Shown here: piece after piece, positions 48,997 to 57,521 of the stretch | Layout of the letters: every line of letters begins with the position of its first letter | How positions within the stretch are numbered: position 1 is the first letter of the stretch | NCBI GenBank assembly: GCA_965262895.1 | Contig: OZ253568.1 | Coordinates: 3,547,317-3,611,316 of the forward strand | Source of the DNA: Chloroflexota bacterium | Lineage (GTDB): Bacteria > Chloroflexota > UBA6077 > FW602-bin22 > JBCLEL01 | Reading direction: 5' to 3' | DNA length: 64,000 nucleotides | The notes under the pieces: generated by a model | Seen by the model: only the letters and a program-made list of their open reading frames with translations | The model's database searches: none | What the model was told of the DNA's origin: nothing | Position numbers and translations under genes: made by a program

Positions 48997-49130
48997 AGTA
49001 GTAGAAGGAATAAACCTGGGTGAAACTAGGTTAAACGGTCGGAAATTGACCGTATGTGGTCTGGGGAGACTGGCTCAATGATCAAGTCAAACGGTCGCCC
49101 GCATTCAGAATTTGGGCTTGGAAGTATCGA

Positions 49131-49981
49131 TTACGACTCAGGCGGCTCGCCTGCTTCAAGGCACTCAAGATATCTAGCAGCAACGTACCCAATATTACCG
49201 TCCGGGTCTCTTACGTGTTTCCATCTTAGGCCGTTACTCAGTACGTTCTTGCCGACAACCGCCATCTCGGTTTCTTCATCCCACAACTTGATCGGTTCTT
49301 CCGAACTGGGATTGCGGCGTATGAACACTCCCTCTCCGCCGGTATTCGCGACCACGCAGATTGGTACGTTGGGGTCCGGGTTAGGAGTAGGTGGCTGGAT
49401 TGGCTCTGCCGCGGTTTCATCGATCTCACCCTGTTCTATACCGCATTCAAGATATTCGGCGGCTACATAACCGGTGTTGCCATCGGGATCCCGGACGTTT
49501 TTCCAGCTCCGGCCACTTCGTCAGGGCCTGTCGCCACCATCTTCGATCCGTCCCACCACGCTTCGATCTTCTCCCCTGATTGAGGCGCAGAACGAATGAA
49601 CACGCCCTCTCCACCGGTGTTTCCAACCACGCAAGTGATGGTGCGCGTGTCTGGAGTCGATTCCAAGATGATCGTGGGGGTTATCGAACTATCCCCCGCG
49701 GGTTGACCAGATGAATCAACATTCGCAATAGCTTGCGCCGCGGTGGCAGTCAGGTCTGCGGAAGATATTATCTTTGTGCTGGTTGGGACAGTCGATAATG
49801 TCCTTGTAGGTATTTGCAACCGCCCCGGCGTCGCAGTCGCGTCCTCCAAGGAGGTCACCTCGCCCTCTGGCGGCGTCGGCTCAGCAGTTTCCTCGCCGCG
49901 TCCACAGCCGGCCGTTACCAACGCCAACAGACAAACAAGTACCAGCACTCGACGCGGAATGATAGGCAATGCGCGTCGCAC
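49131..49981 (-). pseudogene. Lipoprotein with two bacterial SH3 (SH3b) domains, split by a 1-nt frameshift
   Basis: Lipobox LVTAGC after a GTG start near 49981. The first SH3b repeat (…VVGNTGGEGVFIRSAPQSGEKIEAWWDGSKMVATGPDEV) changes frame near 49503-49516. The other frame continues RSWKNVRDPDGNTGYVAAEYLECG…VVANTGGEGVFIRRNPSSEEPIKLWDEETEMAVVGKNVLSNGLRWKHVRDPDGNIGYVAARYLEC, which is ORF 49131..49355. Confidence 0.65.
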
Positions 49982-50003
49982 TAAAATCTCTGCAGATGGG
50001 ATC

Positions 50004-50366
50004 TCATATTGGCGTGATCTGGGAAGCTTCGAGAACAAAGACCGCGCCGGCTCCAATCTTAACCCCGTCCTCCTCTCTCGGTTCCGAGAATTCACTCAGT
50101 GTCGGAACGATGGGCATTTGCAGTATGGGATCGGTATACGACGGAATGTAAGGAAGAGTCCTTACGAAGCAGGTGTGGCGGATGATGTCTTCAATGATAC
50201 ACTTCGTTGTGTCTTCACACCCTACAAGTACAATAGAATCGCCGGCGTCGAGAAACCTCGTGCCAAGGCGAATCGTGGTTGCCGTGAATCCCAGCCGTAC
50301 TAGCTGATCCACCGCCCTCTTTCCATCGTCCGCCCCTATGATCGCCACGACTAGACTATTGTGCAT
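50004..50366 (-). CDS. P-II-like cyclic-di-AMP receptor (DarA/PstA, YaaQ/DUF970 family)
   Basis: Start at ATG 50366. MHNSLVVAIIGADDGKRAVDQLVRLGFTATTIRLGTRFLDAGDSIVLVGCEDTT...VKIGAGAVFVLEASQ follows the B. subtilis YaaQ pattern (LIVA.VQD.D...L...L....F..T.L.TTGGFL..GN.T...GVED...VEVGGATVFVLPV). Confidence 0.7.
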   Translation of the reverse strand: MHNSLVVAIIGADDGKRAVDQLVRLGFTATTIRLGTRFLDAGDSIVLVGCEDTTKCIIEDIIRHTCFVRTLPYIPSYTDPILQMPIVPTLSEFSEPREEDGVKIGAGAVFVLEASQITPI

Positions 50367-50415
50367 CTTGCCTTGTTCCTCTCGTGCGCTCCTGTCCGGC
50401 CAACTGCCTCCACTC

Positions 50416-50443
50416 AAAAAAACCGAAGGCGTAGCCTTCGGTC
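50416..50443 (-). terminator. Intrinsic terminator (expression platform of the riboswitch)
   Basis: Minus-strand gaccgaaggc-tac-gccttcggt followed by T7, located between the aptamer and the darA-like start. Confidence 0.8.
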
Positions 50444-50454
50444 AGATCGCACTA

Positions 50455-50580
50455 CGTCTCTTCCATCCGCCTACGAGGTTAGCTGCCGGGCTCGGGCTGA
50501 AAGAGTTGCCCTATCTGGCACAAACCAGAACTCGCCCCATCGTTGGGTTCCCCGCTCTTCGCAAGAAGATTAGGCCATCT
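50455..50580 (-). promoter_or_regulatory. Cyclic-di-AMP riboswitch (ydaO-yuaA / kimA class)
   Basis: The minus-strand RNA is ccuaaucuucuugcgaAGAGCGGGGAACCCAacgaUGGGGCGAguucugguuugugccagaUAGGGCaacucuuucagCCCGAGCCCGGCAGCUAACCUCGUAGGCGgaugg. This matches the two pseudo-symmetric conserved halves of the ydaO motif (AGAGCGGGGGACCCA ... GGGGUGAAUC ... CCCGAACCCGUCAGCUAACCUCGUAAGCG in B. subtilis). Confidence 0.85.
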
Positions 50581-50750
50581 ATTCAGTTTTCGGCAGCTAT
50601 CTTATAACTAGCTGCTTTTAGAGTCAACAAGGAGAAAACGAGTTGCTCCATGGGATTTGGAATGCCATTCCTCGAGCGAATTCTCCGGACCCTGCTCGAA
50701 TCGACATGCGCTCGTAGGTGTCGGAGCGGGTACCGTTACTAACAAAGCGC

Positions 50751-51743
50751 CTAACGCACCGGAGCTCTGGTGACGCTCGACTGCTGCGATCGACTCTGTA
50801 TTTCCGCAACTAGCTCGACGGCCCGATCCAAGCTCGGATTCCCTTCCTCCATCATCCGAGTCCGGACTTCCTTGAGCACATCCTCTCCTGCCTTCGTCCG
50901 TATCCAATAGGCACGGCTCGACAGCGTAGCGTCAATACGTTGTCCCATTCGCCTTGTTTCTTTAGCCGTCGCCCGCGCCAACCAACTTACGTTCGCCCCC
51001 CTTCGCTGATATCGGCAATCGACCGAGAGCCGTATCCGATCCGAGTGGTTTGGCATGCCTCTATGAATTGTGCGGCAACTGAACATCACAACGTCTCCCG
51101 GTCGGAAATCCGCGGTCGCCCACGTGAGCTCCTCCGGCGTTATCACCGATGCCGCCCGACTCGCTTCTAATTTCTGAGTGCTAGGCACGATACCCGTGTG
51201 CTCGATTAGCCCAAAATGGTTGGAACCGGGTGCAACGGCTAGCCCGCCAATCGACTGGTCAATTTCCATGAGCGGATACCACGTCGTGAAAAAGTCGTCC
51301 GCACTATAGCCAAAGGATGGCGTTGCATCTTGGTGGGGTCCGGCTCCGCGTGCGACAGTGGCGTCAGGGTCGGGATAAACACAGCGAGTAATCTTCTGAT
51401 TCCATACACGAACCGGGCCATCCACTAGATGACGCATTATCCCCATAACCTCGGGTGAATTCGCCAGAACTTTTAACGATGGAAGCTCTACCAGTTTGCC
51501 ATAGACCGCCATCCACTCCTCTTCGGTGGGAAAAGGCCCTCCGCTCCACATTGGATCCGTCGATCCATCCTTTTCTATGAAATAGTAGGATCGTAACGTA
51601 GCCATCATGTCGCGCTTGAGTTGGAGCGCGACCTCCGGATCGATCAGCTCACGGATGAAAAGATAACCACGTTCCTCCATCGCCGAGCGAATCTGGTCAG
51701 GATCATTGAGAATTCCGTTATTCTCTTGCAGCGTCGCGAACAT
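50751..51743 (-). CDS. Phytanoyl-CoA dioxygenase (PhyH) family Fe(II)/2-oxoglutarate oxygenase
   Basis: 330-aa ORF. HQD (…GPHQDATP…) and distal His (…RTIHRGMPNHS…) as in the PhyH family. Confidence 0.7.
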   Translation of the reverse strand: MFATLQENNGILNDPDQIRSAMEERGYLFIRELIDPEVALQLKRDMMATLRSYYFIEKDGSTDPMWSGGPFPTEEEWMAVYGKLVELPSLKVLANSPEVMGIMRHLVDGPVRVWNQKITRCVYPDPDATVARGAGPHQDATPSFGYSADDFFTTWYPLMEIDQSIGGLAVAPGSNHFGLIEHTGIVPSTQKLEASRAASVITPEELTWATADFRPGDVVMFSCRTIHRGMPNHSDRIRLSVDCRYQRRGANVSWLARATAKETRRMGQRIDATLSSRAYWIRTKAGEDVLKEVRTRMMEEGNPSLDRAVELVAEIQSRSQQSSVTRAPVR

Positions 51744-51787
51744 CTGCGTGTGTCCCCCTTTTATACTCGAGAAGCATAGGTATCAAC

Positions 51788-52861
51788 TTACTCTTCCACC
51801 CACTCAAAAACCACTCCCAGTGAGTTCTCGTTATTCAGAATCATATCCCAAACCCGCTTGGCATCGCTTGGACGGACGAAATGAGTTAGCAACGGACCGA
51901 TTTTCCACCGACCGACTCTACGAAGTTTGATTACTTGCTGAACTTCGTCGTACGTATGATGCTCCGTCTGAACCATGCTGACCTCATAGAGATGGGCCAA
52001 GCTGAAGTCGTAGCTGACCTTCCAACGCCCACCGACCATCACAAACCGTCCGCCCCGCTTGATCAATCCGCGGGTCATCACCTCGTCGATAAGTTCGTTG
52101 TTGCCCGTGGTCTCGATTACTACGTCGAAAGGACCGAGGCCGGCCAAATCATCCCAATATGTCTCGCGACTGAAATCGAGGACCGATTCAAATCCAACTT
52201 CTATTGCCTTGTCAAGACGAAGAGGAATTCTGTCGACGCCAACGGAGGTGCCTCCCCTTACCACCGCGCCTTGCCCGGAAAACAAACCGAGTAACCCCAG
52301 TCCAAGCACTAGACACCGGCTGCCGACTCCAATCTGTCCTCTGCCGCTAGCATGTAGCCCGATGCTCGACAGAGATAGAAATGCGGCTTCCCCATCTGAT
52401 ATATCGTCCGGCAGGACGGTGACGTAGCGGTCCCGCCTGATCCTGCCGAACGAGTCGACCTGATCCACGTCCACCTGCTCGTCTGCTGGTCGCGTTCCTG
52501 GTAAAACGTCATCCGCCGGCCCTATCCGTGCAGCAGCGTGGGCGCCTGGGCGCGCGGTTTGTCCCACGAATGGGTGTCCCCAATCGTGCGCGTACACCCG
52601 CTGGCCAGTGATTGGCCCTAACACACCGTTCCCGACCCGGCCGACTAGTCCGACCTGCTGATAGCCGGATACCGACGGATATCCCACCGCCCAATTTCCG
52701 CCGAACAGCCGGTTTTTCTCAGTCCCCGGACTGACGCCGCTGGCCTTGGTAATTATCTCTATGTCGCCCGGCCCTAGCTCCGGCAGCTCGAGGTCGTCCC
52801 TTAGCTCCACAACTCCGGGAGCGGTAAAGACGATCCCCTCTATCCCCACGAGAATCCCCAA
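51788..52861 (-). CDS. Medium-chain dehydrogenase/reductase (zinc-type alcohol dehydrogenase-like)
   Basis: 357 aa. GroES-like N-domain plus Rossmann segment LVLGLGLLGL. Confidence 0.65.
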   Translation of the reverse strand: MGILVGIEGIVFTAPGVVELRDDLELPELGPGDIEIITKASGVSPGTEKNRLFGGNWAVGYPSVSGYQQVGLVGRVGNGVLGPITGQRVYAHDWGHPFVGQTARPGAHAAARIGPADDVLPGTRPADEQVDVDQVDSFGRIRRDRYVTVLPDDISDGEAAFLSLSSIGLHASGRGQIGVGSRCLVLGLGLLGLFSGQGAVVRGGTSVGVDRIPLRLDKAIEVGFESVLDFSRETYWDDLAGLGPFDVVIETTGNNELIDEVMTRGLIKRGGRFVMVGGRWKVSYDFSLAHLYEVSMVQTEHHTYDEVQQVIKLRRVGRWKIGPLLTHFVRPSDAKRVWDMILNNENSLGVVFEWVEE

Positions 52862-52940
52862 GATGCGCTGTCAAACCACCCTCGGTGGGACAGACAAACC
52901 CGATTCGCCAACCCGCCGTGACATCCGCCGACGCGGATAT

Positions 52941-53447
52941 TCATTCGAATTTTGGCGCCTCGTCTCCCAGGTTATCCAGCTTGCCGGCGAATACCGACGG
53001 GTAGTCCTTTAGCTCAATTAGCTCAAGCATGAATCCGTCCGGATCGTAGAAGAAGAGTGCCCGCCAACTACCGTCCGACGGCGGAAAAAGTACCGGAGGT
53101 GAAACGAACTTCACCCCCTTTGAGCTGAGGTCCTCGTACGCCGCATCGATGTCTTCGACCCCGAAGGCGACGTGGGCAGTGGCGGCATCGTTGATATCAC
53201 CGACGCTCTTTCCGCCTTTGGGCTCCACCCACTCGATCAAGTCGATTATTATGTTGCCGGTCTGAGGAGCTACCATTCGCGCCTCGCGCATCTTGGCGTT
53301 GGGCAAACCGACCATTGTCGATATCTCCGGACCGTCGTGGGTTACCCAAGTGATGACCTTTAGGCCAAGCATGTCGCGATAGAATTCTAGTGAACGGTCG
53401 AGGTCCTTGACCATTACCGTCACGTGATCGAGAGTCTTGAGGTGCAT
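52941..53447 (-). CDS. VOC-family (glyoxalase/bleomycin resistance/dioxygenase) protein
   Basis: 168 aa: LDHVTVMVKDLDRSLEFYRDMLGL...HVAFGVEDIDAAYEDL...DPDGFMLELIE. Confidence 0.75.
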   Translation of the reverse strand: MHLKTLDHVTVMVKDLDRSLEFYRDMLGLKVITWVTHDGPEISTMVGLPNAKMREARMVAPQTGNIIIDLIEWVEPKGGKSVGDINDAATAHVAFGVEDIDAAYEDLSSKGVKFVSPPVLFPPSDGSWRALFFYDPDGFMLELIELKDYPSVFAGKLDNLGDEAPKFE

Positions 53448-53532
53448 TTACTAACTCCTTTATCGCCAACTTAGACCGATTTACGCCGAAACGGCGTGCT
53501 ATAACCTACAAGAGCGAAGGTTTCTTGGGCTC

Positions 53533-54624
53533 TCAACTCAAGTCTTGGAGCTGAGGCATGACCTCTTCAGCCAACATCGTCATCGAGCGGTCCCAGATCT
53601 CCTTGGGACGCCATTCGTGGCCCATAGCCAACAAAACGCCGAATCCGCCGACGTCCTCGTGCAGCTTGCGAAGTTTGCGGGCACATTCATCCGGGTCTCC
53701 CACGATCCACGTATTGTCTAGCAGGTACTCCACGCCGACCTCTTCATCCGACATTGCTGGATCCTCTTTCAAAAGATCCATCCCTCGCACCATTCTCAGG
53801 AAGGGAAAGAAATAGTCGATCCACACCTCCGCGAAACAGCCTTCCAACACTTCTTTTCGGGCCTGTTCGGTCGTTTCGGCGACATGTACGTCACGCGCAA
53901 TTCGCCAAGTGGCTCTATCGGCCGGTCTATTGACTCGGTTTGCGCTGCTCTCCACGGTTTCGAAGTGAGTCTTGAGGATCCTGATCGGCAAGACGTTGAC
54001 GCTCATCGGCATCCAGCCTCGTTCGCCAGCCATCACCAATGTTTCAGAGTTCGGTGACAGGCCGGCTACGCCGATCGGCGGATGGGGTTGCTGGAAAGGC
54101 TTCATGTGATAGTACAGATCTACCTCGTAGTTCGGTTCCGGAACTCGGAAGCGCCAACGCTTTCCATTCTGCTGCTCATAAAGACCAGGCTTCGGATCCG
54201 CCCACAGTTGAAGGATGGTATCGATAGCCTCGTTGGTGATGGCCCGCTGTTCCCCACCCTTGTAATCAACGTCAAATAGTTCAAGATCGCTCGTGAGACC
54301 GCCGGAACCGATACCCCAATAAAGGCGACCTTTGGCCATATGGTCGAGTTGGGCAATCCTGTTAGCCAGCACGACCGGGTTGTGATTTGGCATACAGGAG
54401 ACGCCAGTCCCGAGTTTCATATGCTTAGTCACGGGCAGGGCCTGGGCGATCAACAAATCAGGAGAAGGTATGTTTTCCCAAACACTTGTAAAATGCTCTC
54501 CAACCCACGCTTCGTCGTATTTCAACTCATCGAGCCGGATCAGCTGTTCGAGGTCTTCCTCAAGCGTTTCGGTTTGATTGCTTCCAGGCGGATGCAGTGG
54601 CATGGTGAAGTAGCCTAGCTTCAT
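53533..54624 (-). CDS. LLM-class flavin-dependent oxidoreductase (luciferase-like monooxygenase)
   Basis: 363 aa: MKLGYFTMPLHPPG...AWVGEHF...LGTGVS... Confidence 0.8.
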   Translation of the reverse strand: MKLGYFTMPLHPPGSNQTETLEEDLEQLIRLDELKYDEAWVGEHFTSVWENIPSPDLLIAQALPVTKHMKLGTGVSCMPNHNPVVLANRIAQLDHMAKGRLYWGIGSGGLTSDLELFDVDYKGGEQRAITNEAIDTILQLWADPKPGLYEQQNGKRWRFRVPEPNYEVDLYYHMKPFQQPHPPIGVAGLSPNSETLVMAGERGWMPMSVNVLPIRILKTHFETVESSANRVNRPADRATWRIARDVHVAETTEQARKEVLEGCFAEVWIDYFFPFLRMVRGMDLLKEDPAMSDEEVGVEYLLDNTWIVGDPDECARKLRKLHEDVGGFGVLLAMGHEWRPKEIWDRSMTMLAEEVMPQLQDLS

Positions 54625-54761
54625 GTTGGCAGCCTCCTAAGTTCCTGTCGGGCGTTGCAAGCTGGTGCACCCAATCTGACGTACCAGAACCTCGCCGAAA
54701 TTCTCCGGCAGTGCGCGAGATTCGTCAATCACTCAATATTATTCGGCGAACGTGCCTCCGT

Positions 54762-55088
54762 CTATCCGCCCTTCCACTTGGAGTCATCCGGGAAGATTGT
54801 TGATCCCCGGTAGATTACCCTCGCTTCGATCACGTCCTGCGAAGCCTCCCGCCACTTAGCCAAATGAGGCGTACGCGTGTGTGCCTCAAAGGCATCCTCG
54901 TCAGCGTATATTTCGTAGGCGTAGATCGTGTTAGGATCACTCTCGTCCTGGCTAACGTCGAACTGGTAGCAACCTGGTTCCACACTCACCGAGCTGCCGG
55001 CGTCTTCGACTAGCGCCGCGACAACGGCATCGCAGTGTCCTTCTTGGATCTTGAACTGTGCTATCAAAACGAACATCTTTCTTACCAT
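54762..55088 (-). CDS. Antibiotic-biosynthesis-monooxygenase (ABM) domain protein
   Basis: 108 aa: ferredoxin-like dimeric alpha+beta barrel pattern (…EPGCYQFDVSQD…IYAYEIYADEDAFEAHTRTPH…). Confidence 0.7.
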   Translation of the reverse strand: MVRKMFVLIAQFKIQEGHCDAVVAALVEDAGSSVSVEPGCYQFDVSQDESDPNTIYAYEIYADEDAFEAHTRTPHLAKWREASQDVIEARVIYRGSTIFPDDSKWKGG

Positions 55089-55094
55089 GACCTC

Positions 55095-55868
55095 CTATTC
55101 TGTGGCTTTCAAAAACTCTTCGGTGGCCGGACCCAGAACTTGATACACGCTTACTACGGTAAAGTTAACCCCGCGCCCGCGTTGAATCTGGGCCCACTCA
55201 TCCGCTTTGTCCAGGTCCATAGTCGGAATGCATATGTGGCGGCCCGCCGATCGCACCTGTCCTACTACCTCCGCTACCACCTTCTGAACCTCGGGGTGCT
55301 CCCAATGACCAGCTACGCCCAACGACTCCGCCATATCCATTAGTCCGAGCATGAAAATGTCGATTCCTGGGACTTTGAGAATCTCCGGCAAGTTATCGAC
55401 GGCTTGCTTTTCCTCGATCATGCCTATGACGATCGATTCCTCGTTGACCCGGTCTTGGTACTCCCTGACGGACGATACGAAGCCGTACCGAGCGGCGCGT
55501 GCCGCTGCATTGCTGCCACGACGACCAACCGGGCGGAAACGAGTCTGTTCGACAATCGCCTCGGCCTGCTCCCGCGTATTCATATGTGGCACCAACACGC
55601 CACCCGCGCCCATGTCCATATAGAGACTTATCATGGCCGGGTCGTTTCGATAAAGTCTGACTATAGGGACCATCCCAGAGTTTTGAGCCGCTCGAACCAT
55701 GCTCTCGCAGGTTTCTGCGTCTATGGTGGCCTGATGAACGTCGATGAAGGTCCATTCGAAGCCGGCGTAGCCGCCAAACTCCACTAGGGCAGGCGATGCG
55801 ACCGCTACCGCCCATCCCCTCAAGTACTCGCCGGCATCAGCCCTCGCAATCAGTGATCTGGCACTCAA
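55095..55868 (-). CDS. HpcH/HpaI-family aldolase
   Basis: 257 aa: ...FIDVHQATID...VRLYRNDP...GAGGVLVPHMNTREQAE...IEEKQAVDNLPEI... are typical class II pyruvate-aldolase motifs. Confidence 0.75.
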   Translation of the reverse strand: MSARSLIARADAGEYLRGWAVAVASPALVEFGGYAGFEWTFIDVHQATIDAETCESMVRAAQNSGMVPIVRLYRNDPAMISLYMDMGAGGVLVPHMNTREQAEAIVEQTRFRPVGRRGSNAAARAARYGFVSSVREYQDRVNEESIVIGMIEEKQAVDNLPEILKVPGIDIFMLGLMDMAESLGVAGHWEHPEVQKVVAEVVGQVRSAGRHICIPTMDLDKADEWAQIQRGRGVNFTVVSVYQVLGPATEEFLKATE

Positions 55869-56029
55869 TTCAAGCTCCTCGGGTAGAATCGTGCGATGAT
55901 GAGGGCACCTACGTTGTGTCAGACGTCCGCTGGTGAGCCAACGTCGGGATCGGCGCCATCATCCGTTGCACCCTCAAAGGATAATTATTCGGGCCACAGC
56001 CGCGCCAGTCAAGCGCCGCAGCCCAACGT

Positions 56030-56266
56030 AAGTGCTCAGATTTAGGGGTACCTAACTCCGTGTGGGCGTAATATCGCGCCAATGAGTGTCTACCACAGGC
56101 GACGACGTCTGATCGGGGAAAGCCAGGAAAGGGTTGCAAGGGCGAAGCCCTTGCCGGGGGATGAGGTCGACCAGATCGTGGAGTTGGAATTCACCCCTTG
56201 ACTGCCGACTCGGCCTATCCAGTTCACGGGCATGGAGGAGAGAAATACACCCAAATCTGAACTGTT
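56030..56266 (+). mobile_element. MITE copy R1 (237 bp)
   Basis: About 85% identical to 57131-57401 apart from two indels. The termini aagtgctcagatttagggg ... cccaaatctgaactgtt form imperfect inverted repeats. It is flanked by a degenerate direct repeat, gcagcccaacg (56018-56028) / gcagctcaaccg (56267-56278). Confidence 0.7.
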
Positions 56267-56438
56267 GCAGCTCAACCGATGCAGAGAGTAATAGATTTCC
56301 GAGAAATTCTTACGGAGCCGCCTGAGGTTGATCCGGATTGCCCATTTGAGCTTTCCAGCGCCGGATTATGTAGCCATCTATAATATACAAACCACAATAT
56401 ACAAACCACAAGTCAACCAAAATTGGAAAGGAGCGACA

Positions 56439-56753
56439 ATGACTAGAGAAGAGAGGGTCGCCGCAGCCAGCGAGATCGGCTCCGGCGAGTTCAAGAGCGT
56501 GGACGTGGACGGCCAGTTGTTATTGTTGGCAAACGTCGAAGGCAAGATCTACGCTGTGTCGGATATCTGCACCCACGAAGAGTGTACCCTATCCGACGGC
56601 GCAATCCTGGAAGGCGTAGAGGTCGAGTGTGAGTGTCACGGTGCGCGCTTCGACGTCACCAACGGCGAGGTCACACAGGAACCGGCGGAAGAGCCCCTGA
56701 AGACCTACGATGTGAGCGTTCAAGGTGACGACGTTCTCGTATCGTTAGACTAG
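56439..56753 (+). CDS. Rieske [2Fe-2S] ferredoxin (oxygenase ferredoxin-component type)
   Basis: ATG 56439 preceded by AAGGAG. The product MTREERVAAASEIGSGEF...CTHEECTLSDG...CECHGARFD has the CxH...CxxH Rieske motifs. Confidence 0.85.
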   Translation: MTREERVAAASEIGSGEFKSVDVDGQLLLLANVEGKIYAVSDICTHEECTLSDGAILEGVEVECECHGARFDVTNGEVTQEPAEEPLKTYDVSVQGDDVLVSLD

Positions 56754-56867
56754 GCTCCCTGGCATCCGCTCAGGTATCAAGACTCAGTTCATACCTGCGT
56801 AAATCGGTATGACGTTTAGCTAGAAAAACGGCTCTGCCGAGTCCGACACTTATCAACTGCCCGCCGA

Positions 56868-57095
56868 CTACGTCACTCCAGGGGAGGGATGGCCGGCGTA
56901 AGTGCGAGCCTTTTCCAAAGGAAATGGCAGGACAAGCTGCCATGTACGACCGGGGAGAGGGTTGAGGTGAGGGTGAATAGAGTCCCGCCCTAGCTCGCGA
57001 CTCCAATTACTGTCGCGTTTGTTGTACCACCCCGCGCCACACCATTTTCATCTCCCTGATGTGGCCTTGCGAAGGCGACGGACTTTCCCCGCCTT
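56868..57095 (+). repeat. Mosaic hairpin-repeat cluster 7
   Basis: Contains a B right half (tccaggggagggatggccggcg), F (56952-56976) and D (57038-57088). The flanks parallel those in cluster 8. Confidence 0.7.
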
Positions 57096-57130
57096 CCTGC
57101 CACAAAACAATAGCAATTGCGTCAGATAGT

Positions 57131-57401
57131 AAGTGTTCAGATTTAGGGGCACCTGCTCCGTATGGGCGTAAGATCGCACCCATGAGGGTCTACCACAGGG
57201 AAGGACGTTTGATCGGGGAAAGCCAGGAAAGGGTTGCAAGGGCGAAGACCTTGCCGGGGGATGAGGTCGACCAGCTCGTGGATTTCGCATCGGATAGGTT
57301 GGAAATCACCCCCTTGATTGCCTACTGAGGTCGCGAGTGGCGACTCGGCCTTTCCGGTGCACGGGCATGGAGGAGAGACGTACACCCAAACCTGAACTGT
57401 T
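57131..57401 (+). mobile_element. MITE copy R2 (271 bp) with perfect target-site duplication
   Basis: Termini are aagtgttcagatttagggg ... cccaaacctgaactgtt; the reverse complement of the right end, aacagttcaggtttggg, matches the left end at 14 of 19 positions. The identical direct repeat gcgtcagatag lies at 57119-57129 and 57402-57412 (13 nt, ttgcgtcagatag, if two terminal T are counted). Confidence 0.8.
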
Positions 57402-57418
57402 GCGTCAGATAGAATATC

Positions 57419-57448
57419 TTGACAATATTGAGTTAGTTAATAGATAAT
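57419..57448 (+). promoter_or_regulatory. Candidate promoter of the rhodanese gene
   Basis: TTGACA (57419-57424), 18 nt, then GATAAT (57443-57448). It lies immediately right of the MITE R2 insertion. Confidence 0.4.
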
Positions 57449-57521
57449 AGCGTCAATTCTTTCTTGTCGCGATTGCCAAAGCAATCAGAATCAGTTCGCT
57501 CACATTGGAGGTTGAGTTCGC

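Noticed and set aside
48997-49130. An M-box (ykoK) Mg2+ riboswitch upstream of mgtE.
   Set aside because: The 134-nt spacer lacks the M-box conserved segments. It contains only two direct repeats, cgaccgttt(g/a)ac, and a TTGACT-like -35 element.
56030-57401. R1 - Rieske gene - R2 as a composite transposon.
   Set aside because: Each MITE copy has its own flanking target-site duplication (gcagcccaacg-type for R1, gcgtcagatag for R2). This indicates two independent insertions rather than mobilisation of the whole segment.
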